The notes under the pieces: model-generated
Databases searched by the model: none
What the model was told of the DNA's origin: nothing
What the model saw: the letters and a program-made list of their open reading frames with translations, nothing else
Shown: positions 33,533 to 48,399 of the stretch, piece by piece
Layout: every line of letters starts with the position of its first letter
How positions within the stretch are numbered: the first letter of the stretch is position 1
Source: Eledone cirrhosa
Taxonomy: Eukaryota
Assembly (NCBI GenBank): GCA_964016885.1
Contig: OZ024741.1
Span: 384,896,001 to 384,960,000, forward strand
DNA length: 64,000 nt
Direction: 5' to 3'
Program-made: the position numbers and the translations under genes

Positions 33533-35278
33533 ATACTCTTTTACTCTTTTACCTGTTTCAGCCATCCGGCTGAGGCCATGCTGGGGCACCGCCCTTGTTG
33601 CTACACATTTTATCTCCAGCCTGTATAGGTTGGCCACTGGTGTAGGAGGGAGTTTGTTGCTGCTGCCCTTAGGTTTCCCTCGTGTCTTGCTGTGGGCTCA
33701 TCCGGGATCCTGGATAACAAGGTGTCGAGATGTTTCTTGAAGACATCCACCTCCACGTCATGCAAGTCTCGCAGATGCCTCGGCAGCCTGTTGAAGAGTT
33801 GAGGGCCCTTGAATCCCAGGCTATTGCAATACCTGCTCCTTATTCTAGATGTGGAAGACGGGACCTTTGGCACCACACAGTGACGTCCTGTTCGACGGTT
33901 GGTCCAGCTCCCAATGCCAAAGTTTGGTGCTAGTCCCTCCAGGATTTTCCACATGTAGATCACTGCGTATCTCTCCCGTCTTCGCTCCAAGGAGTAGAGG
34001 TTCAGTTCCTTCAGCCTCTCCCAGTAGCTTATCTCCCTCATCTTGGCAATCCTCTTGGTGTAGCTTCGCTGGATTGCCTCAAGCTCCGTGGTTAGTTTGA
34101 CACTATGGGGTGACCACAGCTGTGAGCAGTAGTCCAGGCGGCTCAGGACAAAAGTCCTCCACAGTGTCAACATGGTGTCTCGATCTCTTGTAAGGAAAGT
34201 CCTAAAGATCCAGCCAGCGAATCGTCTACATGCTGTCGCCACCTTCATGATGTGTGAAGAAAAAGTTGCATCATCGCTCATGTCTATGCCCAGGTCTCGT
34301 ATCGATTTTGACACGGGGATATCGGTCCCTCCTGGTCCTGTGTAGCTGTGTTCCGCTATATTTGTGTTTGTGTTTGCAGGTTTGTATTGTAGGGCTTGGA
34401 ATTTGCCAGCATTAAACTGCATGTTGTTTTCTTCCGCCCATCTGTATATGGCATCCAGATCCTGCTGTAAGGGGGCAGCGTCAGCCGGGTTTTTGATTGC
34501 CTGTGCTACCTTAGTGTCATCAGCATAGCTAGTGAGGGATGTTGTTGCATGCACCACAGAGGGCATGTCCGAGAGAGCCACCAAAAACAGTAGTGGTCCC
34601 AGGACTGTCCCCTGAGGCACCCCACTTGTTATCGGTGTTTCCCTCGAGAGGGCCCCATTTGCTGCGACTGCCTGGCTTCTGTCCCTTAGGAAGCCATGCA
34701 GCCACTCACCTACTTTTCCAGTTATGCCGAGTCCGCGTAGTTTGTGACATATCATTCCGTGGTCGACCTTGTCAAAGGCCTTCGCAAAGTCAAGATATAT
34801 CACGTCTACATGTGAGCTGTCTAGTAGTTGTCTCAGCACCCAGTCGTAGTGATGTAGCAGCTGTGTAAGGCAGCTTCTTCCTGGGCGGAAGCCATGTCCC
34901 GTGCTAGTCAGGCGGTCATTTTCTTCGAGGAAAGTGATTAGTTTCTTTCTGACGATTCGCTCCATGACCTTACTGATATGCGACGTCAGGGAGACTGGCC
35001 TAAAGTTCTTGGCCTCCGCTCTACTACCTCCTTTACGGATAGGGCATATTGTGCCTTCTTTAAGCTCCCTGGGAAGTACACCGCTAGCCAAGGAGCTTCT
35101 GAAGAGCATCTTCAGTGGAGTTGCTAAGGGCCGCTTACATATTTTTAGGAGAACTGCTGGGAATCCATCAGGTCCAGCAGCCGAGTCTGTTCTAATTTCA
35201 TCAATGGCGTACACCACATCCTCCTCCGTTATGTCTATGTGGTTGATGGTTGCCATTTCTTGATGTAGTGTTGTGGCA
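33533..35278 (-). mobile_element. 5'-truncated CR1-group (CR1/L2/Crack-like) LINE with (TAAAAGAG)n tail
   Basis: RT ORF, short 3'UTR ggcggtgccccagcatggcc..gaaac and tandem aaaagagt tail. Confidence 0.88.
33610..35278 (-). CDS. CR1-group reverse transcriptase (uninterrupted; the track's N-terminus is TA artefact)
   Basis: [53 protein letters not shown] and SLERRR motifs. Confidence 0.92.
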
Positions 35279-35308
35279 TATATATATATATATATGTATA
35301 TATATATG

Positions 35309-35428
<120 letters not shown>

Positions 35429-35585
35429 TGTTTATATATATAGATATATATATATATATATATATGTTTATATATATAGATATATATATATTTATATATA
35501 TATATATATAGTATATATATATACATATATATGTATATATGTATATATGTATATATACATATATATGTATATATGTATATATGTA

Positions 35586-35730
<145 letters not shown>

Positions 35731-35993
35731 GTATATATATGTATATATATATGTATATGTATATATATATGTATATGATTTAACGACAATACAACTTTCT
35801 CCGGTTAGCCTATTCCCCCTTTTGGAACTTTCCCCCGTTGATGAAATATTGGGATTAAATCACCTCTACGGTTACCCTTCTACCTTTGTTTTGTTTTCAT
35901 TTTCGTTTCTCTCAATTTTCACTTTTCCCCTATTTCTCACTCACTTCCTACCTCGAGATTTCCCATCTGCATTGTTGTGGCTTTCTAAACTAC

Positions 35994-36993
<1,000 letters not shown>

Positions 36994-37336
36994 TTTCTGA
37001 GAAACAAAATTGCGTAGGATAGAGGAAAGAAAAGGCACAGAAACGAAGAAAGGAATCCCCAGTCACTGAAGAGGTCACAGAGTGTGTGACGAAAGGACTA
37101 TGACTATATATATAAACAACTATCTGGTTGTGGAACCAACCAACCAACCAGAAATTTATAATTTATAGGTTTGTAGATTTGTAAATTTATGAATTTATAA
37201 ATATATAATAAATTGAAGTGAAAGCAACTGGTGCGTGTGTTTCTTATTGGCAACATGACCCTCCCAAAGTATAACAATATCGGTTTCAACACACGATTTC
37301 AGATAAAGAATCTTGCTAAACAAATTCAGAAACGAA

Positions 37337-37337
<1 letters not shown>
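36994..37337 (+). mobile_element. Family G non-coding PLE-terminus-like element
   Basis: Reverse complement of 24661-24927 plus ~80 nt more 5' sequence; TA-flanked. Confidence 0.8.
37061..37105 (+). ncRNA. Minimal type I hammerhead, family G
   Basis: agtca-CTGAAGA-ggtcac..gtgac-GAAA-ggac-TA-tgact. Confidence 0.85.
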
Positions 37338-37370
<33 letters not shown>

Positions 37371-37371
<1 letters not shown>

Positions 37372-38219
37372 CATTCATTTAAATTATTGATTTATTGATT
37401 TATTGATATTTTTTATCTGATTGTCCCGAATCTTCTATTATCGATTTTTTTTATCGTACGGTTGATTTTAGACTTGTTCTATGTGTGACGGTATTTTAAC
37501 GATAGTTATAGCTCTGATTCATCTGAATTATTGAGCCCTCTGCCGCTCATTTCGAATTTTGTTTATCGTGAACTCGTGCGCCGATTTTTCGATACTCGAT
37601 CATTCTAATATTTTTAGCTCTGGACATAGCTATCCACCAGTTAATTTTATTGCTCATTTTTTGTCGATTCTATTGAGTGATGAATAGCTCCTGTTTTATT
37701 TTAACATGTCTATTGAGCACTTTTATTCGATATGTGTATTTCCACATTTCCTCGAATAGTTTTCGCGGATGTAGAGGTTATCTCCCTTGCCGGATTCCAT
37801 GTGCGTATTTTGCTTGTAGTTAGCCTCTTATCCGTTAGGACGAAGCTCGTTGAAGAAGTAAATATCCAGTCCGCTTATTCTAGAAGTCTTATATATTTAT
37901 ATGTGAGCTGATAGAGTACAGTCTAAGGATTTACAGAAACCCAAGAAGCTAGATTTAACACCTTTCTAGTGGGTCCGGGTATGATTTTACATTCATTTAA
38001 ATTATTGATTTATTGATTTATTGATATTTTTTATCTGATTGTCCCGAATCTTCTATTATCGATTTTTTTATCGTACGGTTGATTTTAGACTTGTTCTATG
38101 TGTGACGGTATTTTAACGATAGTTATAGCTCTGATTCATCTGAATTATTGAGCCCTCTGCCGCTCATTTCGAATTTTGTTTATCGTGAACTCGTGCGCCG
38201 ATTTTTCGATACTCGATCA

Positions 38220-38226
<7 letters not shown>
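37371..38226 (+). mobile_element. Family H tandem (~618-nt unit, ~1.4 copies) with hammerhead 37845-37980
   Basis: acattcatttaaattattg recurs at 37371 and 37989. gctcg-TTGAAGA-a-gtaaat..atttac-a-GAAA-ccc..ggg-TC-cgggt. Confidence 0.75.
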
Positions 38227-38301
<75 letters not shown>

Positions 38302-38304
<3 letters not shown>

Positions 38305-39305
38305 CTCTGTTATTGTATTATATATTTTACTCTTGATTTGGCCAGAGGTATTTATTTCCAGATACCTTATAAACATGACTTTCCGTATTTGTTACTCTTG
38401 TGAGATGTGGATGTTTTTTGGTTGTCACTTCTCTGTTTTTAGCCTAAGAAAATATATATATGCGTGTGTAAATAATTACATGCATAAATTAATTTTTTTC
38501 AATTAATTGAGTTCTTAACACGTGGAATTGATAGTAGTTTTGAAATAACTAATTAACCCGCGTGTATTAAATATTTTACTCTTAATTTGGCCAGAGATTT
38601 ACATTCCCAATCGCCTTTTAAAGCGTAACTTTCCGTATTTACTGCGGTTATGGGATGCGGTTTGTTATTTTGGTATCACTTCTGTTTTTAGCCTAAGAAA
38701 ATATCTATATGCGTGTGTAATTAATACACGCATACATTTATTTTTTTAAATTCAATTGAGTTGGATTGATAATGTTTTTGAAAAAACTAATTAACCCACG
38801 TGTTTATTATTTTCTTTTCTCGTGAATCGTGGTTGTCTCCCTTTCCCGCTTCATGACGCTATGAAACTTCCTCAGTCAAAAGACTGCTGGAATTTCAAAT
38901 TTGGCGGTCATTCGATGCGTGAAGGAGCAGCTTAGCAGACACGATTTTTAACTACGTTAAGAATTTTTTCTCATATCAAAGTTTAATGGGCTTCCACTGA
39001 AGATTTATAAGTGCCCACCTAAATGTATTCTTACATGAATATATGTTTAGGCTTCTACATAAACTGGAAACATTCTCCCAATTTGTAGAAAACTTATAAT
39101 GAAACAATTGTTTGGAAAGAGAGATATATTTTAACTTTAATTACATCTCATAAAATAATACAACTGGCTTTCCACAAAATACATATAGTTAGCACCCCAA
39201 ACACTTAAATTGGGTTTATACTAACATATAACCTAATGTTTGTTGAGTGAGATGGTTACCAGTCGGAGTTTAGCTTGAAGCTATCTCTGTTATTGTATTA
39301 AATAT
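38302..39305 (+). mobile_element. Family I: 980-nt unit with terminal direct repeat and internal ~255-bp duplication
   Basis: tatctctgttattgtatta at 38302 and 39282. ~38315-38565 is repeated at ~38565-38805. Confidence 0.72.
38992..39117 (+). ncRNA. Type I hammerhead, family I
   Basis: ttcca-CTGAAGA-t ttataag..cttataa t-GAAA-caattg-TT-tggaa. Palindromic stem III, long loop II. Confidence 0.85.
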
Positions 39306-39327
39306 ATGTATATATATATATATATAT

Positions 39328-40447
39328 GATTTTTCGATACTCGATTATTCTACTATATTTAGCTCTAGACCTAGCTTTGACCAGTTAATTTTATTGTTCA
39401 TTTTTTGTCGATTCTATTAAATGATGAATAGCTCCTGTTTATTTTAACATGTCTTTTGAGCACTCTTATTCGATATGTGTATTTCCACATTTTCCCGAAT
39501 ATTTTTTGCGGATATAGAGGTTATCTCCCTTGCTGAATTCCATGTGCGTTTTTTCAACCTGGGTTATGCCTTTTCATTCGTTCGGACAAAAGCTCGTTGA
39601 GGAAGTAAATTCCGGTCCGCTGGCTTCTAGAAGTCTTATATATTTTTATGTGAGCTGATAGAGGGCAGTTTAAGGACTTACAGAAACCCAAGAAGCTAGA
39701 TTTACCATCTTTCTAGCGGGTCCGGGTATGCTTTTTACATTCATTTGATTTATTGATTTATTGATATTTTATCTGAGTGTCCCGAATCTTCCAGATCGCA
39801 ATTTTTCGGTCGTATGGTTGATTTTAGACATGTTCTATGTGTGACGGTATTTTAACGATAGTTATAGCTCTGATTTATCTGAATTATTGAGCCCTCTGCC
39901 GCTCATTTCGAATGTTGTTTATCGTGAACTCGTGCGCCGATTTTTCGATACTCGATTATTCTACTATATTTAGCTCTAGACCTTGCTATTGACCAGTTAA
40001 TTTTATTGTTCATTTTTTGTCGATTCTATTAAATGATGAATAGCTCCTGTTTATTTTAACATGTCTTTTGAGCACTATTATTCGATATGTGTATTTCCAC
40101 ATTTTCCCGAATATTTTTTGCGGATATAGAGGTTATCTCCCTTGCTGAATTCCATGTGCGTTTTTTCAACCTGGGTTATGCCTTTTCATTCGTTCGGACA
40201 AAAGCTCGTTGAGGATTAAATTCCGGTCCGCTGGCTTCTAGAAGTCTTATATATTTTTATGTGAGCTGATAGAAGGCAGTTTAAGGATTTACAGAAACCC
40301 AAGAAGCTAGATTTACCATCTTTCTAGCGGGTCCGGGTATGTTTTTTACATTCATTTGATTTATTGATTTATTGATATTTTATCTGAGTGTCCCGAATCT
40401 TCCAGATCGCAATTTTTCGGTCGTATGGTTGATTTTAGACATGTTAT
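39328..40447 (+). mobile_element. Family H tandem, second subfamily (~611-nt unit, ~1.8 copies); hammerheads 39592-39727 and 40204-40338
   Basis: gatttttcgatactcgatt recurs at 39328 and 39939. TTGAGGA core; same fold as 37845-37980. Confidence 0.78.
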
Positions 40448-40506
40448 ATGTATATATATATATATGTATATTTATATATATATGTATATATACATATATA
40501 TGTATA

Positions 40507-40539
<33 letters not shown>

Positions 40540-40586
40540 GTATATATATGTATATATACATATATATGTATATATATACATATATA

Positions 40587-40669
<83 letters not shown>

Positions 40670-40728
40670 GTTATACTTGGGGAGGGTCATATTTGTGTAA
40701 TATTGCCAGAATTAATAATACATATATA

Positions 40729-40790
<62 letters not shown>

Positions 40791-40794
40791 TATA

Positions 40795-40832
<38 letters not shown>

Positions 40833-41009
40833 CAGAAATTTAGATCGAAATACAATATTTCGGTCTTGTATTACCACAACAGCTCAATGAAATTAGGTGG
40901 GAAAAATCACAAATCAAAGCATACTCAAGACGATATCGTTATGGAAACAACAATATAGAACTAGGCAAGAGAAATATAGAGATACAATAATCAATTAAAC
41001 ATTTAATAC

Positions 41010-41569
41010 ATGATCATGATACACTCACGGTCGCACGTCATTTCTGTTCTCCTGGTCATTCTTCCCTATATGTTTTAGTCCTGGGTGTCCTTTTACATCA
41101 TGGATCACAGGCCTCGCGCATCAGGACTGAACAAAGTCTGATTCACCGCCTTGAGTCCAACCCCTCTTGGACTCAACTCACCTCCCCAATTTCTCTAATA
41201 CCCCGTCGATTATCACATCCCTAGATTTCTATCGCTTTCTCTTGATCATTAGCAGCTTCTCTTACAACTAATACAGGCTAACGCTCTCTGGTGATGTCCC
41301 ACCTCATTTACACAGACGAGAAAAGTATATATTCTCGCCTGTCTTCTAGTCCAGCAGTCGCAAGCGGTGGGAGGGACCGTCTTGACGAAGGCCAGTTAAG
41401 CCTGAAATGCATAGACGGTTGTCCCCCTTGCTTCTACTGGACATCACCAGAGGGCGTTAGCCCCCCCCCCGGTGTTTGCATAGCTACGGCTTCCTAAAAC
41501 CGTATTTCTTTGGAGATACGAAATATTTATACATATTGTATAAAGCTATGCTTGAAGCGAAATCCTATT

Positions 41570-41575
<6 letters not shown>
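41010..41575 (+). mobile_element. 3' end of another PLE: GIY-YIG C-terminal remnant + pLTR
   Basis: VARHFCSPGH..RIRTEQSLIHRL..(GLN), then a 3'UTR with a hammerhead. Confidence 0.75.
41376..41419 (+). ncRNA. Minimal type I hammerhead, family J
   Basis: accgtc-TTGACGA-aggc..gcct-GAAA-tgca-TA-gacggt. Confidence 0.8.
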
Positions 41576-41625
<50 letters not shown>

Positions 41626-41777
41626 ATGTATCCGTGTAGTTGATGGCCAAGGGAAAAGAGTCCTCAATACCGAAGTACAGTTTAGATATTAATTTTATTA
41701 AGGGTGAATAGTGTCTTGTTACTCTAGAGAAGCAGGTGAAACAAGACTCACTTTTTAGCCTTAATAAAATATATATA

Positions 41778-42447
<670 letters not shown>

Positions 42448-42479
42448 TATTCAGCCATGTAGAGCGAAATTTTTTTTTT

Positions 42480-42480
<1 letters not shown>

Positions 42481-42512
<32 letters not shown>

Positions 42513-42700
42513 TGTTTCTACTTTTGGCTATGGCCAGCAATTATCCCAGTGCATTACTGGTACTTTATTTTATCGACCCCGTAAGGATGAAAGGCAAAGT
42601 TAACCTAGGCGGGATTTGAACTCAGAATGGCAAGAGCCGTAACTCTATGCATCAAAGCATGGCGTCCAGCCCTCTACCGATACTGCCAATTCACCGCCCT
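42481..42700 (-). mobile_element. tRNA-derived SINE (Meta-like domain) with (AAT)n-type flanks
   Basis: Reverse complement of 47357-47546; gagttcaaatcc B-box and gcctttcatcc..gggtcgataaaat. Confidence 0.85.
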
Positions 42701-42745
42701 TAATAATAATAATAATAAAATATATATACTACAGTCTATTTAGCC

Positions 42746-42789
<44 letters not shown>

Positions 42790-42821
42790 CTTATTTTACG
42801 TCTTTCATATATATATATATA

Positions 42822-43390
42822 TATGAAAGACGTAAAATAAGAAAATTTTAAAAATTATTAAAAATCAACTTACTTACTAAAATTTTCACTCCAACTAATT
42901 AGTTTCTGTAAGGGGATAAATATAGTTACATAATATAACTATAGAGAATTCCTTACGTCATCAGGGAGTCTATTCTCAGCTAAGTTCCCAGGCGATGTGC
43001 GGACACTAGGAACCCATATAAAAATAATAATTCAGTGGATGGGATAAAGCTAACGAGGACTAAATTCCAGAGCACTGAAAAATATTTTTATATGGGTTCC
43101 TGGTGTCCGCGCATCGCCTGGGAATTTAGCTGAGAATAGACTCCCTGATGACGTAAGGAATTCTCCATAGTTATATTATGTAACTATATTTATCCCCTTA
43201 CAGAAACTAATTAGTTGGAGTGAAAATTTTAGTAAGTAAGTTGATTTTTAATTTTTTAAATTTTCTTATTTTACGTCTTTCATATAATTGTTCTGCATCC
43301 CCCTGCATAGAACCACAAAAGTACTAAGACATAACATATATATTTGCTAGCATGGGTGTACATCTGTACACATATGTTGGTAGATGTACT

Positions 43391-43396
<6 letters not shown>
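42822..43396. mobile_element. Family C (second subfamily) fold-back element; hammerheads 42888-42969 (-) and 43140-43221 (+)
   Basis: 42822-43037 vs 43073-43284 inverted; homologous to 15590-15945. actcc-CTGATGA-c-gtaagg..ccttac-a-GAAA-ctaattag-TT-ggagt. Confidence 0.85.
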
Positions 43397-43481
<85 letters not shown>

Positions 43482-45849
43482 TTATACTCGGATTTCTTTC
43501 CTAGAGTGCTTAAATTATTTGTGACTAATCCCGGTATTTAAAAAAAACAAAACAAAAAAAACGCGATAATATTACTTTTTGCTGAACTCCTTATTGTAGA
43601 GTTTTTTTTTCGGAATGTTTTTGACTGTTGTTTCATGTAAACAAACATTCGTCTCATTCTGACGTCACCAGCCCTGTTTTTCCACATGTGCGTTTTATTT
43701 TCATAATCACGCATGATGTTAAATTAGCCTGCTTTTAAATTCCCTTTTTGGCATATTAATCAGTGAGAATTTGGCTATCGTGTTGAGCTCTGCTGATGAT
43801 CGTATTCCAACCGTGACCATCTCCACTGAAAGTTTTCGTGAAATAGTCTTTTTCAAGACTATACAGAGCATTTGTAGTTGTCCCAAATTGAAGGATGAGT
43901 ATTTTAAACTTTATTTTATCATGAGTTAAGGCTCTATTGATTTTTCCCTGGATTTCACTAAATTCTGTTGGATAAATCTATATCCTGATTCTTTTTGAAT
44001 TGAGTTTGAATTATTTTTCCCACATCTTACGTTAACTATTTTCCCATTTTGACGCTATAGTCACTTATATATTATGGAATACTGTTGGCTTCTTGCTACA
44101 ACACTTTCTATACCTTTCATTTATATATATATATATATATATTTAGGCTAAATAGTGAGTCTTGTTACTCTGGAGTTTATATGTATATATATATATATAA
44201 GTAATAATATATATCTCATTGCACAGTGTCATTTAATTTGTTAATTCTGTTTGCTTTTTGCACCCCCCCCCCACACACAGAGGGAGACAGACAGACACAC
44301 ATACACATACTGATCCTGGTTCATGTTGTGTCTGGCTGCATCTTGTTGAATTGGTCCATTTAATCTCTGATGCCTATAGAATTAACTGTGTGAAGAAAAT
44401 ATCAAAATGCCATTCAGATAAAAATATATATGAAAAAGCAATAGCCATATTGGCACATTCTTGAAGTTTTAGAAGTAAAAAAAACAAAACGAAATTACTT
44501 CATCTCAAGAACATCTTGTCAAGTTTTCCCCAGTGTTGTTCATAAAAAGCTTTACTATACTACTTGAACTTAAATATATTTTCTTACTTGTATGTATGTA
44601 TTCATGGTCCCTTCTGAGGAAGTCGTAAGTGAGGATAACGTAGCAAACATTCGAATAGTGCGCCATCTTGGTTCAGCAGTTTACAAGCGTTCGAAATAAC
44701 GGAATGACACTTGCAAACGAAAGGCTGGATGTTTTTTCTTGTGTGTAAATTTATTTCTGTATTATACTATACTACAGAACCTGGGCTACCTTTTCGTGTG
44801 CCACCCTGTAGTTGTGTGCTGGAGACAATGTAACCGACTGTCCTTCTCCTCAAAATTGCTGGCCTTGTGTCTATATTAGAAACGAATATTTCTCCTGTTA
44901 AAGCTCAATTTATATTTTTTTCTATGGAATGGATACCGTAATCAGAACTTAAAATATTTACTTGTAGGAATTCAAAAGCTAGTAGCGTCTATCACCATTA
45001 CACTTGTGGGAAATATACAACAGAGATTTCAGACACTTTTCTTTTATTTGAATTTTTACACCTCAATATACTTCCTAGTTTTTAACCAATTCGAATCAAA
45101 TATTTACTGAAGCTGCCATGCTAAACTATTTTGAAAAAACAATGTGTTTTTCCGACTGAATGTGAGAGCAATTTTAACACAAACAAACTGGTTGGAATAT
45201 CTAAAAACAAAAGCAACAAAAACAAAAACAAAACAAAACAAAAAGAAAAACAAGATAAAAAACGAATAATTGGATATTCGAAGAGAAAAAAAAGGAAAGA
45301 TTATATTACAATATTATCAACAGGATTTTTCAGTTCAAAGATGTTTTCTTCTAGAATAAGATCTGTGAATAATATTATGGAATAAGAAAATCTAAGGAAT
45401 CTACCTAAAACCTTATACATATATATTTTATATATGTTGCGTTGACTCTCGCTAAGACAAAACACTACAACCACCCACCACTGAATACTAATGATTATAT
45501 ATTGTATAAATAATCTGAAACGAATTTGTTTACTAATATCTATATATGAAAATGAATATATTAAGACATGTATTTATTATTCTTATTATACACAATATAT
45601 TTTTTAATGTGTATGAAAAAAGTAAATGAGAATTTTTCATATACAAGATTCTTATGAGATTACTACGTATGCTAGCACCCACACATACGCGCGCACACAT
45701 ACATACACATTTAGGCACACACACACACACACACACACGCACACACACACACAGACACAGACACACACACATACACACACACACATATGCACACACATAC
45801 ACGCACGTACACCAACGCCATGAAGCACAGTAAGAATTAATGATGGTGT

Positions 45850-46620
45850 CTCTGCATGATCGCTTGAGCTGCGAGAAATAGCAGCCACATATTTCTACCA
45901 TCATAGAAGAGGGCACATTGGATAATGTAGTCCTAGATACAATATACCAGAGGAAAAGACGGGAAGGTCTCGTTTTGAGTGTTTTGATCATATGTCTGTT
46001 CTACCAAACAACACCAACAACAGCAGCAACAGTAACAAAACAACAACAACAACAACTACTACTACTACTGCTGCTGCTGCTGCTACAGCTGCTGGCGTGC
46101 AAAATAAACACAGGTTCACACATAACAACATTGAAATTATTACTGACACCTTCCTTACATCTTTTGCTAAGGTTAGTTTGCCAGGAGTTGCAACTGGTAG
46201 ATTGTATCAGCAATGGAAAGACGAATGAAAACATTGTTTCTTTGGTCCCATTTGACGAGTTTCCACTTCACTCGGTAAACGAATGAGGTCTGGAATCTTG
46301 TCGATCGAATACTTTGCTATGGTTAGGATAAATATTAATAACAACAGATACACGTATTGTTCTGTGTACAACGCCTTCTATTGACATCGTCTTTGGCTTC
46401 CATAAGGGGGGAAATTCAAAACGTAAAAGATGTTGGGCACTTAGCAAATGAATTTTCATTTTCCCAATTGGTTCCTATCCACGGCAAGGATAACAAGCAT
46501 GCATGTCCCCGTAACTCTTGAGGGAATTGTTGGGGCGCCGTATTGACATGCGGCGTTTCTAGGGCATTTAAAAAACCTGGTGGAGCACATCTCCTCTCCA
46601 GGTCTGAATACTGCAGATTT
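45850..46620 (+). pseudogene. Highly decayed Tx1-like ORF1 5' fragment
   Basis: (ACA)n-rich leader, SFAKV and IDIVFG pieces similar to 60020-60420. Confidence 0.45.
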
Positions 46621-46669
46621 CTTCCAGAGAAGGATAGAAAGTTAGAGAATGGAAGTGAGAAAGTGATAT

Positions 46670-46835
46670 TGAGGAAGAATCGACCCCAGTACTATACTGG
46701 GTCATTTTTTTTATCGACCTTGAATGAATGAAAAACAAAGTTGACCTCGACAGGATTTGAAGTGAGAGAGCAGAAAGTGGGAGCAATTACTGCACATTAT
46801 TCTATCCAACATTCTAATAACTGCCAATTCGCCAT
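46670..46835 (-). mobile_element. Decayed Meta-like SINE
   Basis: ttttatcgacc..aaagttgacctc..ggatttgaa..ctgccaattcgcc. Confidence 0.6.
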
Positions 46836-46880
46836 GTTGGAAAGGATAACAATTTCACTGAATATTATATTACATCTTGA

Positions 46881-46993
46881 GAAGGCGCATGATTGAATGG
46901 TTAGATTGTTTTGCTTACGATCGTGAGTTCGATCCTTGGCGACGCGTTGTGTTCTTGAACAAGACACTTTACTTCACGCTGCTCAACTCCACT
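46881..46993 (+). mobile_element. Decayed tRNA-SINE head (same family as 31885-32123)
   Basis: gaaggcgc..tggttag..gagttcgatcc..tgttcttgaacaagacacttt. Confidence 0.7.
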
Positions 46994-47093
46994 TTATTAT
47001 AGAAAAAACAGTCTTGTTTATATCCACGTTTCTTTACTACATTTGTCAGTCTTCTATTTTCCCCGACTGACTGTCGTTACTTTATATTATTAC

Positions 47094-47159
<66 letters not shown>

Positions 47160-47356
47160 TATTGTTGTTATTAAAGGAAGAAACAAACAGCCATATTTCT
47201 GTTTTTGTGCCAACATCATACAAGAGATATTTAATCATCAGAGAAACAAGGCTCAAGGCTAAACAAGACGTTACAAACAAATTTTGACATTGATATACTT
47301 TCTTTATCATTGCCCAGCTATTTTTTGTTTCATTATTTCCTTTTGTTTCATTATTT

Positions 47357-47546
47357 CGGTGAATTGGCAGTATCGGTAGAGGGTTGGACGCCATGCTTTG
47401 ACGCATAGAGTTACGGCCCTTGCCATTCTGAGTTCAAATCCCGCCGAGGTTAACTTTGCCTTTCATCCTTACGGGGTCGATAAAATAAAGTACCAGTAAT
47501 GTACTGGGTAATTGCTGGCCTTGTGCCAAAAGTAGAAACAATTATT
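47357..47546 (+). mobile_element. tRNA-derived Meta-like SINE
   Basis: B-box gagttcaaatcc; 3' ggccttgtgccaaaagtagaaacaat. Confidence 0.85.
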
Positions 47547-47794
47547 TCCTTCAATTTTTCCTTTTTTTCTTTTTATCCTTTCTCACTTTTTCTTATTTCT
47601 ATACAGCTCTTTAGATATCAGCAGGCGACAAGGCAATTGATGGCCGACTTCATTTATTAAGTCGTCATACTTTTCCTATTGTCTCTTCATGAGGAATGTC
47701 TTATTGAAAAAAAATATATATATAAGGATAATTACTATCATAATAAGAATAATGATAATGTTGGTGATGATGGTGACAACAACAATAACATTAA

Positions 47795-48000
47795 CAACAA
47801 TTGTTTCTATAATTAGTACAAGGCCAGCAATTGAAGGTAAAGGAACGTCGGTTAAATCGAGCCCAGTTATTGGTACTTTATTTTACCGACCCCGTAAGAG
47901 TGAAAGGCAAAGCTAACCTCAGATTTGAAATCAGAACGTAAAGGGTCAGAGAAATGACACAAAACATCTTGATTGATGCTCTAACGATTCTGCCAAATCC
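47795..48000 (-). mobile_element. Decayed Meta-like SINE
   Basis: ggtactttattttaccgacccc..gaaaggcaaag..ctgccaa. Confidence 0.65.
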
Positions 48001-48399
48001 ATTAATAATAATGATTTAGTTATAATTGTTTCAGGAGGCCAGCTCACTACTACCACTATCACACTCCATTTAATTTTTCTTTTGATAAAGGAATATTTAC
48101 TACGAAATCTGAAATATAGAGCAAAAGTGTAAACTGTTGTTTTGTATTGTCTTACTTTACTCTTGTTATCACTAGTATATTTTACTTGCATTGTACTGGC
48201 TTCCCTATAACGATTTTAACTTCAAATGTCACAAAGCTTCATCTAAACTATACTACTAAATAATACCATAATTTTATTACTTACAAGTTCCCAAAACGGG
48301 AAAAAGTACAAGAAAGGCTCTCGATAATTTGGAACGACCTCGCAGAGGGATTCAGAGGACATCACACAAAACTCCACCTTACAACAACATACTTAAAGG

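Noticed and set aside
43620-44700. GTAAACA, TGACGTCA and GCGCCATCTT motifs suggesting a promoter
   Set aside because: Short motifs expected by chance; no exon or gene nearby.
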